Source of the DNA: Neoechinorhynchus agilis
Lineage: Eukaryota; Animalia; Acanthocephala
Length of the DNA stretch: 29,052 bases
NCBI GenBank assembly: GCA_051530055.1
Contig: JBMGUZ010000034.1
Location: 1 to 29,052, forward strand
Reading direction: 5' to 3'
A model generated the notes under the pieces. That model was not told the DNA's origin, did not search any database, and saw nothing but the letters and a program-made list of their open reading frames with translations. Made by a program: the position numbers and the translations under genes. This document shows, one piece after another, positions 11,010 through 21,700 of the stretch (positions are counted from its first letter, which is position 1; every line of letters starts with the position of its first letter).

Positions 11010-13096
11010 AAGAACGAATAGTTGACATTTAGCAAAATTCTGTACTTGAACAACACAGAGTTCGTAAAGATACTCCCAAGCGCAAAGATGGACATTTTTT
11101 GTCATTTAGATAACATTCAGTATTCGCCGAATGAAGTTGACTCAATGGCGAATGTTTAATATAGTAAAACTAATTGAAGGTAATGTTGAAGAAATATTTA
11201 TTATTTAACTTTGGGTATTAAGAGCATCGATTGATTGAGATATTAGAAAACGTTTCTGAGAAATCCTGTTTAGGGCAAGAATTTGTTATTGAAAAAGAGA
11301 ATGAAATATGGTCGTGCATTTAGAATTGTTCAAGAAATGTTTAACTAGTTGCCTAATTTTTGTTGGATTCGGACACAAATGGCTTTTCACTATACTCGAT
11401 TTCGAACTTTGCGCATAAAAGACGTATAATTTCGTGAATGAGCGGCTTTCCGATTATGTTATTCGCTTATTCGCATCAAACGTATTTAATAACCCTTATA
11501 AAATGCAAAATTACAAAAATTTGGAATCAATGCATCAATTTAAGTGATAATTTTGTCTGGAGATCTTTCCGAACATCAATAATCCTCAATATCTATGGAA
11601 AGCGAAACTTGACCTTGCATTAAGACTTGCAAACACGGTAAAGAATTGAAATGTATCTAAAGACGTCTGCATTTTTAGTAGATATGAAGTGAGATCGAAA
11701 ATAGTTCCTTTTTCTTGCTGTTTGATCATATAAAAAGACATCAATAAGTTCAAAATCAGTCGTACGTTTAGAGAACAGCTCTTATCGTCCTTGATTCCAA
11801 TCTGCAATTTTTATCAGTATTCTTGTATGAACGGGAAATAGCGAAAATTCTGCCCATCTCTTGTATACCCTTCGTCCAATAAAAAGTGCTTGCTAAGATT
11901 CAAACTTTTGCAATAGAATATAAATAATCGTTCGTATGTTGGTCTTCAATAAAAGTCACTGCGTTTCTTAAGGAAGATTAAAACTGTAATAGAGAACGAC
12001 ACTGCTCTAAAATCTTTTATAAATTAAAAAGAGGACTAATAGAAACCGAGAGAACTTTTAAAAGCGAACTTCCATTGGCAACATTGTTTTATTTCGACGG
12101 TGTTGCCGTGAACAAATTGAAACTCACTTCAGAAATTAAGCTGGACACGCAATTTACTATGCAATTTTAACTGCGCTAATAATTAAAACGAAATGTATAG
12201 CTAACATAAATCTTTTTGGGTAAATATAAAGATTTATCAATAGAATTTACTTAATACGTTTTAAGGCTATAATACCACTTCGATCAGATGTTCACTCAAA
12301 AAATCTTCAAGTGAAATTCGATTAGCGTTCTGATTTCTTTATAAGCTACGCAGAATCGTTCAAGTCTCATGAAATTGAAATATAAACATTAAATAGACTA
12401 GGAACAAAAGCTAAAAACCGAATGCTTGTATGAACGTTCAATTTTGTATAACGGAGTAATAACATTAAAACATAGTTTAAAGATTATTTCGCTTAGATAA
12501 GTGCATTCAATGTTGACGTTGCTATATCTTCTCATACAGAATTTCAAAATAAGTGAGTTGTTGCGCGACAAGTAATTCGTTATCCGATAATATTGGGCAA
12601 ATTTTATTGAGAAAGGATATCAAGATTTTGGACGATCGATTTAAAAATAAGTGATTTAATTTTCGGGTTAGTTTCAAGTAGCTGGAATTTTAAACATTTT
12701 TTAAACTATTCCCGACATTCTGGGTAGCTTTTTTGATGCTCGGACCTTAAAAATACTATCCTGTAAGTGTATTTAATATTCGCAATATAATAAAGGAGTC
12801 ATACGAACTGTAAAAAAGGAAAGAGGCTACTTTTCCAAATGCATTTAATCGGTTCAAGAGGATAATGCACTTCTTAGCTATTTTAGAAAGCTGATATTTT
12901 CTACTTCAAATCTTAAGGTGTTCTAAGAACAGATTTTGTTAATGAAGAAAAATTACGTCCGGTTTAATGTCAATAACTTCATCCAAAGTTTGATGACAAA
13001 GAAAGCATTCCTCTTGCAGAACGTAAACCGAATTTTCCGAAATCGAATTCTCAAATATAATTCAATGCATTATATGGAAATCATCCATTTGTATCT
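11010..13096 (+). repeat. 2.09-kb direct repeat, copy 1
   Basis: Matches 16650-18745 from AAGAACGAATAGTTGAC to CCATTTGTATCT. I saw about a dozen substitutions by eye, plus a 17-bp net deletion and an 8-bp tandem duplication in this copy. Confidence 0.97.
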
Positions 13097-13627
13097 TTCA
13101 AATAGATTTCAAATAAATGAAATTTGAAACCTATACAAATGTAACAGTATCCCATTTGCAAAACAGATTTAATAGAGTTCACTGTTTTAAGCATTCTTGT
13201 GAAGTTTACTTGTTTAAAAATTGGCCATCAGGTTATCTGCCCTCATTTAAATTCATTTGGGGAAGGACGAAAGCTGTCGTCCTCTTATTTAGATAAAACT
13301 CAGTACTGGAGAACACCTTATTAAAATATTCAACAACCTGAAATTAACTAAGACCATAAGAATTAAAATGAATATAATTATTTTGAAGAAATTGCGCATT
13401 TTAGTATCACGATCGTCTCATTAAGATATGAATTTTCTGTCCCTATCAAATTGTAGGTTTATAGAAGACAATTGCATCCTTAGCCAATCACAATCTTCGC
13501 ACAATAAAGAAACAAATACATACAGTTATTAATCGCAATAAAAAAGATCACGAGTCTGAAGTTCCAAAACTTAAGCTACGTTCTGGTTGTGAATCGCGTC
13601 GCATATTCCTCATAGCAACTCTAATCT

Positions 13628-15805
13628 TCACGCAAAGTATGGATAGCAGGATAATGCCGAGAAGTCCAGAAACTCGACAAGGACTATTGTGGTCGTCCTG
13701 AAGTCAAACGGAGACTTAATGACTAAGCGATGACCAAACTCGAATAAATAGTTAAGCGCCACCCCATTAGTCCATCCAAAACCAACTTGGACTTCGTATT
13801 CGCCACCCTCTCCAGGGTATCCGGGAGTTACGGCACTGTACTTTTCGTACATATTCGAAGTTGATTTGAATGTTTGATAATTGTTAGCAATCCATCTTTC
13901 TAACAAATCAAAGGCTAACCCAGCGGAATTTCCACACTTGATATTCATTAAGCCTCGGATTACGATATCCTGCACAGGCGCCCAAGCATTTGGGAGGTCC
14001 CACTGTTCAAGGCTTGTGACAAATGAAGTTGGAAAGCCGCTGGGAAACGACAATACGTCGAGGTCCTCAAGCCGTTTGACGATCCTGTGCAGTTCATCGT
14101 CAGTTAACGAATGGCTCTTTGCCCACAAAGGAAACAGATTCGATGCATAGAAGGTTTTGTGAGTAGCGTTAAAGTCCAAATCAAAGTCATACCATTGAAG
14201 ATCGACAGGATCCCACATGTATTTTGTTAAACCCATTCGAATTCGTTCCTTTTGATTATTAAAATATTGAACCTTGTCCGTCCTATTTAGCAATAATTCA
14301 AATTTGGACAATTTATCCGCCACAAGGAAAAGAATACTATTGAGGCAAACTGGAATAATCCGGGTTGTACGAATACTATACATTCTCCTCGCGTGTGGCC
14401 CGGTGTATGCCAGCCAACGATTGTATTGGTACTTAAATGGATTTAAGAGCGAATAGAAAGTCAGAAGATTTGTTTGGACTTCACTGTTCCGAAAAGCTAA
14501 GACTCAAAATAAACCAATGAAAAGTGTAAACTAATACTCAAGTCCGCTGAATTTGTTTCAAGGCGATTAATGAATACCATTGCCATTTCAAAAAGCATTT
14601 CTTACTATGTAAAAGTTTCAAACGAAGGAGTTTGTACTTTTGGATAAATTTAAACTACTCCACCCAGACTATTAAATGGTTCAAAGTCTCGCAAAATATG
14701 GCCCAAAAAGGGTAAATGCGAAAATCCTAAAGAACAAACAGAACAACAAATTCGTTCGTCTGCTTGTAAAGAGGTTTCTTTAAAGCTCAAGGTTTGGATT
14801 CTGAGAACGAATGAGCAACCTCCTTAAGTACCAAGACTTAGAGCTGAAATCCCAACCGCTCTCCGCAGCCGAGGTAATGTCGATAAATACTTGTTCTCTA
14901 CTTCTATTCATTTTCTCTTCGGCTTCGTTCGCTGTTTTGAGATCCTCTTTGAAAGATTCAGGGCGCTCACTTGTAATATTTGTCCGATATTGAAACAGGA
15001 GAACATCATCCGGCTGGCCATCTATTTTCACCGTCCGGTTCCGCACCCAGAAATCGAATTCCATCTCTAAAACCACGATGGAATTTCGAATAAATTCTTT
15101 ATCTTTTGTCTTTTCGTAGTAATCATCGACCATTAATGTAAGTACTGGTGGCTGCGATCGAGTTGTGTAATAAATTCGCCCACCATTAGGAACAAGTCCA
15201 TATTTAATAACACTATCGAACATACTTAAAATCATATCCTTTACGGTGTCGGTCATTCCGCACCGCAACGCTCCTTTTGCCGTCCAATATGAATCCCAAT
15301 AGTAAACTTCCCGGAACCTACCCCCGGGCACGAGGTTTGGATATCTCATGGAAAGGAACGATGTACGTTTTAAATTTAAATTCTTCGCTTGTTCTCTGCA
15401 TAACAATTTCCATTGTCGATTGAGGTGGCGAGCAAAACCCCGATACTTGCTATCTTTAATCTGTTCATCGATATCTCGTAAGTTTTCTTGCCAATCGGAT
15501 GGAACAATCTCTTTTAATTCACTACCAGGATCACTGAAATATTTACTTACAACCGCCTTTACTTTTGCACTATCGTTGCCGGCATTTATAAGTTCCTTTG
15601 TGAAGTTGGCTTCCATCACATCCCAATCAAATTTCATTACCAGGTCGACGATTGATTTCGAATCTGAATAAATATTTGCATCTCCGATCAGCCGCAAATA
15701 CGTTCCATTGCAGTAAAATGGAGCCGTGCACGGCGGTTCGCAAAGTGTCGGTGCCATGATTGCTGCGAGAATGATGAATATTGTCGAATAAAATCCTTGG
15801 ATCAT
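13628..15805 (-). CDS. treh: Alpha,alpha-trehalase (GH37), ~585 aa, in two coding blocks (15805-14840 and 14419-13628) separated by an atypical insertion
   Basis: Signal peptide MIQGFYSTIFIILAAIMAPTLC. Trehalase signatures PGGRFREVYYWDSYW and QWDLPNAWAPVQ. Further motifs: VPNGGRIYYTTRSQPP, RPESFKED, AESGWDFSS, RW...IRTTRIIPVCLNSIL, MYEKY, GEGGEYEVQVGFGWTNGV. Hydrophobic C-terminus. Removing 14420-14839 restores WDFSSRW exactly. Whether the gene is functional is unresolved. Confidence 0.93.
14423..14837. mobile_element. 415-bp MITE-like insertion or unusual intron inside the trehalase CDS
   Basis: Terminal inverted repeats GTATTGGTACTTAA (14423-14436) and TTAAGTACCAAGAC (14824-14837) match at 13 of 14 positions. 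They are flanked by TT on both sides. The interior is non-coding and AT-rich. No second copy was seen in the window. Confidence 0.55.
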
Positions 15806-16649
15806 TGTATTTTTGCTGACGCCTCAGTTGGTGAGATTCTTTTATTAGAAAAGTCTTCAGTCTTTTTTTCGAGGATTGATCAAAAGCGATAGAGTGTTGT
15901 AGTTTTGCACAGGTAAAACTCAAGGTAATTTTTCTTAAGCGTTCGTTTGAAAGGATTGAAGTTTGTAAAATCTTAACTCAATGTACTCGTTACTCGACTT
16001 TATATACTAACAAATGTTTACGCTTCAAAACGATATGCTCGAAAACAAAATGTTGTTGAGGGGTTTAAAAATTGAAGTGAGTAAAATAGTCATGTCGATA
16101 AACACGAAAACATCGCTCAATTAAGTTTTCATGAGAACAAACAACATTTTAAAGTAGCAGTTTAAAAAAATTTACCAACAGTTAATTAATTGCGTTTCCA
16201 GTAGATTCGAATTTAATCATTTTTAGATTTAGAACGGAATTTACTTTAGAATCGATTTGTAAATACCTAAATCCATTGAACTGAAAGAGGCAATCCGACA
16301 GTTAAAGATTCGTTTTTAAGAATATTTGTTTTTGCAAAAACCTCAATCGTTTGCTATTCGGTTGCAAGAGGCTGAAACGGATATACAGGAAATTGAGCTC
16401 ATTATTAGTTTCTATAAAAGAATACAATTGACGGGCCGGCAACGAAATGGAAATTTCTAGATTTTTATTGGTGAAATATTCGTTGCTAGATATTGAATTT
16501 TAATCGCTTCAGAGCAACGGCGCGTTAACCAAACCTTTGTATGATGTTCAAACTTGAACTCGTCATAGTAAGATTATCGAATAAAATTTTTTCTTTTAAA
16601 TGGACGCCTTTGAGTTTCGAATTCGCCTCCGCTTCTTCGTTCTTGAGCT

Positions 16650-18745
16650 AAGAACGAATAGTTGACATTTAGCAAAATTCTGTACTTGAACAACACAGAG
16701 TTCGTAAAGATACTCCCAAGCGTAAAGATGGACATTTTTTGTCATTTAGATAACATTCAGTATTCGCCGAATGAAGTTGACTCAATGGTGAATGTTTAAT
16801 ATAGTAAAACTAATTGAAGGTAATGTTGAAGAAATATTTATTATTTAACTTTGGGTATTAAGAGCATCGATTGATTGAGATATTAGAAAACGTTTCTGAG
16901 AAATCCTGTTTAGGGCAAGAATTTGTTATTGAAAAAGAGAATGAAATATGGTCGTGCATTTAGAATTGTTCAAGAAATGTTTAACTAGTTGCCTAATTTT
17001 TGTGGGATTCGGCCGTTTCTTGTGTTTAAAATTTAATGGCTTTTCACTATACTCGATTTCGAACTTTGCGCATAAAAGACGTATAATTTCGTGAATGAGC
17101 GGCTTTCCGATTATGTTATTCGCATCAAACGTATTTAATAACCCTTATAAAATGCAAAATTACAAAAATTTGGAATCAATGCATCAATTTAAGTGATAAT
17201 TTTGTCTGGAGATCTTTCCGAACATCAATAATCCTCAATATCTATGGAAAGCGAAACTTGACCTTGCATTAAGACTTGCAAACACGGTAAAGAATTGAAA
17301 TGTATCTAAAGACGTCTGCATTTTTAGTAGATATGAAGTGAGATCGAAAATAGTTCCTTTTTCTTGCTGTTTGATCATATAAAAAGACATCAATAAGTTC
17401 AAAATCAGTCGTACGTTTAGAGAACAGCTCTTATCGTCCTTGATTCCAATCTGCAATTTTTATCAGTATTCTTGTATGAACGGGAAATAGCGAAAATTCT
17501 GCCCATCTCTTGTATACCCTTCGTCCAATAAAAAGTGCTTGCTAAGATTCAAACTTTTGCAATAGAATATAAATAATCGTTCGTATGTTGGTCTTCAATA
17601 AAAGTCACTGCGTTTCTTAAGGAAGATTAAAACTGTAATAGAGAACGACACTGCTCTAAAATCTTTTATAAATTAAAAAGAGGACTAATAGAAACCGAGA
17701 GAACTTTTAAAAGCGAACTTCCATTGGCAACATTGTTTTATTTCGACGGTGTTGCCGTGAACAAATTGAAACTCACTTCAGAAATTAAGCTGGACACGCA
17801 ATTTACTATGCAATTTTAACTGCGCTAATAATTAAAACGAAATGTATAGCTAACATAAATCTTTTTGGGTAATTATAAAGATTTATCAATAGAATTTAAT
17901 TAATACGTTTTAAGGCTATAATACCACTTCGATCAGATGTTCACTCAAAAAATCTTCAAGTGAAATTCGATTAGCGTTCTGATTTCTTTATAAGCTACGC
18001 AGAATCGTTCAAGTCTCATGAAATTGAAATATAAACATTAAATAGACTAGGAACAAAAGCTAAAAACCGAATGCTTGTATGAACGTTCAATTTTGTATAA
18101 CGGAGTAATAACATTAAAACATAGTTTAAAGATTATTTCGCTTAGATAAGTGCATTCAATGTCGACGTTGCTATATCTTCTCATACAGAATTTCAAAATA
18201 AGTGAGTTGTTGCGCGACAAGTAATTCGTTATCCGATAATATTGGGCAAATTTTATTGAGAAAGGATATCAAGATTTTGGACGATCGATTTAAAAATAAG
18301 TGATTTAATTTTCGGGTTAGTTTCAAGTAGCTGGAATTTTAAACATTTTTTAAACTATTCCCGACATTCTGGGTAGCTTTTTTGATGCTCGGACCTTAAA
18401 AATACTATCCTGTAAGTGTATTTAATATTCGCAATATAATAAAGGAGTCATACGAACTGTAAAAAAGGAAAGAGGCTACTTTTCCAAATGCATTTAATCG
18501 GTTCAAGAGGATAGCGCACTTCCTAGCTATTTTAGAAAGCTGATATTTTCTACTTCAAATCTTAAGGTGTTCTAAGAACAGATTTTGTTAATGAAGAAAA
18601 ATTACGTCCGGTTTAATGTCAATAACTTCATCCAAAGTTTGATGACAAAGAAAGCATTCCTCTTGCAGAACGTAAACCGAATTTTCCGAAATCGAATTCT
18701 CCAATATAATTCAATGCTTTATATGGAAATCATCCATTTGTATCT
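16650..18745 (+). repeat. 2.10-kb direct repeat, copy 2, ending at the satellite array
   Basis: Near-identical to 11010-13096 with an initial offset of 5640 bp. Identity stops exactly where the tandem array starts. Confidence 0.97.
16662..17094 (+). pseudogene. Possible decayed intron-rich gene fragment inside the duplicated segment (also at ~11022-11437)
   Basis: Three GT-AG intervals of 46, 43 and 38 nt (16704-16749, 16820-16862, 16951-16988) join phase-compatible exons into ~100 codons (LTFSKILYLNNTEF|ITFSIRRMKLTQWxMFNIVKLIE|EHRLIEILENVSEKSCLGQEFVIEKENEI|CCLIFVGFGRFLCLKFNGF...). Copy 2 has CGA>TGA and copy 1 has a frameshift. No family was recognised with confidence. Confidence 0.3.
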
Positions 18746-21700
18746 CTACAACCAAAACCGACTTTCCAACCCGGCGGGATATTCTCACCCGAACGAACCT
18801 CCCACGACTGAATAGTCCCACTCGAATAGACATCCCTCCCACCAGATATTACAACTAGAATCGGCCTTCCAACCTGACCGGTTATTCTTAAACCTACGGA
18901 CACATTCTCACCCGAACGAGATTCCCTCGACTGAATAGTCCCACCCGAATAGACATCCCTCCCACCAGACATTACCACCAGAACCGGCCTTCCAACCTGA
19001 CCGGATATTCTAAAACGAACGGACACATTCTCACCCGAACGAGCCTCCCTCGACTGAATAGTCCCACTCGAATAGACATCCCTCCGACCAGACATTACCA
19101 CCAGTACCGGCCTTCCAACCTGACCGGATATTCTCAAACGTACGGACACATTCTCACCCGAACGAACCTCCTTCTGCTGGATAGTCCCACTCGAATAGAC
19201 ATCCCTCCGACAAGACATTACCACCAGTACCGGCCTTCCAACCTGACCGGATATTCTCAAACGTACGGACACATTCTCACCCGAACGAACCTCCTTCTGC
19301 TGGATAGTGCCACTCGAATAGACATCCCTCCGACCAGACACTACCACCAGAACCGGCCTTCCAACCCGACAGGATATTCTCAAACGTACGGACACATTCT
19401 ATCCCGAACGAGCCTCCCTCGACTGAATAGTCCCACTCGAATAGACACCCCGCCGAGCAGACAATACCACCTGTACCGGCCTTCCAACCTGACCGGATAT
19501 TCTCAAACGAACGGACACATTCTCACCCGAACGAACCTCCCTCGACAGAATAGTCACACTCGAATAGACATCCCTCCGACCAGACATAACCACCAGTACC
19601 GGCCTTCCAACCTGACCGGATATTCTCAAACGTACGGACACATTCTCACCCAAACGAACCTCCTTCTGCTGGATAGTCCCACCCCAACGAACCTCCCTCG
19701 ACTTGATAGTCCCACCCGAACGAGCCTCCCTCGACTGAATAGACCCACTCGAATAGACATCCCTCCGACCAGACATTACCACCAGTACCGGCCTTCCAAC
19801 CTGACCGGATATTCTCAAACGTACGGACACATTCTCACCCGAACGAACCTCCTTCTACTGGATAGTCCCACCGAACGAGCCTCCCTCGACTGAATAGTCC
19901 CACTCGAATAGACATCCCTCCGACCAGACATTACCACCAGTACCGGCCTTCCAACCTGACCGGATATTCTCAAACGTACGGACACATTCTCACCCGAACG
20001 AACCTCCCTCGACTGAATAGTCCCACTCGAATAGACATCCCTCCGACCAGACATTACCACCAGTACCGGCCTTCCAACCTGACCGGATATTCTCAAACGT
20101 ACGGACACATTCTCACCCGAACGAACCTCCTTCTACTGGATAGTCCCACCCGAACGAGCCTCCCTCGACTGAATAGTCCCACTCGAATAGACATCCCTCC
20201 GACCAGACATTACCACCAGTACCGGCCTTCCAACCTGACCGGATATTCTCAAACGTACGGACACATTCTCACCCGAACGAACCTCCTTCTACTGGATAGT
20301 CCCACTCGAATAGACATCCCTCCGACCAGACATTACCACCAGTACCGGCCTTCCAACCTGACCGGATATTCTCAAACGTACGGACACATTCTCACCCGAA
20401 CGAACCTCCTTCTACTGGATAGTCCCACTCGAATAGACATCCCTCCGACCAGACATTACCACCAGTACCGGCCTTCCAACCTGACCGGATATTCTCAAAC
20501 GTACGGACACATTCTCACCCGAACGAACCTCCCTCGACTGAATAGTCCCACTCGAATAGACATCCCTCCGACCAGACATTACCACCAGTACCGGCCTTCC
20601 AACCTGACCGGATATTCTCAAACGTACGGACACATTCTCACCCGAACGAACCTCCTTCTACTGGATAGTCCCACCCGAACGAGCCTCCTCGACTGAATAG
20701 TCCCACTCGAATAGACATCCCTCCGACCAGACATTACCACCAGTACCGGCCTTCCAACCTGACCGGATATTCTCAAACGTACGGACACATTCTCACCCGA
20801 ACGAACCTCCCTCGACTGAATAGTCCCACTCGAATAGACATCCCTCCGACCAGACATTACCACCAGTACCGGCCTTCCAACCTGACCGGATATTCTCAAA
20901 CGTACGGACACATTCTCACCCGAACGAACCTCCTTCTACTGGATAGTCCCACCCGAACGAGCCTCCCTCGACTGAATAGTCCCACTCGAATAGACATCCC
21001 TCCGACCAGACATTACCACCAGTACCGGCCTTCCAACCTGACCGGATATTCTCAAACGTACGGACACATTCTCACCCGAACGAACCTCCTTCTACTGGAT
21101 AGTCCCACTCGAATAGACATCCCTCCGACCAGACATTACCACCAGTACCGGCCTTCCAACCTGACCGGATATTCTCAAACGTACGGACACGTTCTCACCC
21201 GAACGAACCTCCCTCGACTGGATAGTCCACCCGAACGAGCCTCCCTCGACTGAATAGTCCCACTCGAATAGACATCCCTCCGACCAGACATTACCACCAG
21301 TACCGGCCTTCCAACCTGACCGGATATTCTCAAACGTACGGACACATTCTCACCCGAACGAACCTCCTTCTACTGGATAGTCCCACTCGAATAGACATCC
21401 CTCCGACCAGACATTACCACCAGTACCGGCCTTCCAACCTGACCGGATATTCTCAAACGTACGGACACATTCTCACCCGAACGAACCTCCCTCGACTGAA
21501 TAGTCCCACTCGAATAGACATCCCTCCGACCAGACATTACCACCAGTACCGGCCTTCCAACCTGACCGGATATTCTCAAACGTACGGACACATTCTCACC
21601 CGAACGAACCTCCCTCGACTGAATAGTCCCACTCGAATAGACATCCCTCCGACCAGACATTACCACCAGTACCGGCCTTCCAACCTGACCGGATATTCTC

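Noticed and set aside
16260-16490. Protein-like plus-strand stretch (IPKSIELKEAIRQLKIRF*EYLFLQKPQSFAIRLQEAE...)
   Set aside because: It has an internal stop, no start or splice model, and no recognisable homology. It could be part of the same decayed gene but this is unsupported.
11010-18745. LTR retrotransposon with 2.1-kb LTRs
   Set aside because: There are no TG...CA ends, PBS, PPT, target-site duplication or gag/pol sequence, and the interior is a host enzyme gene.
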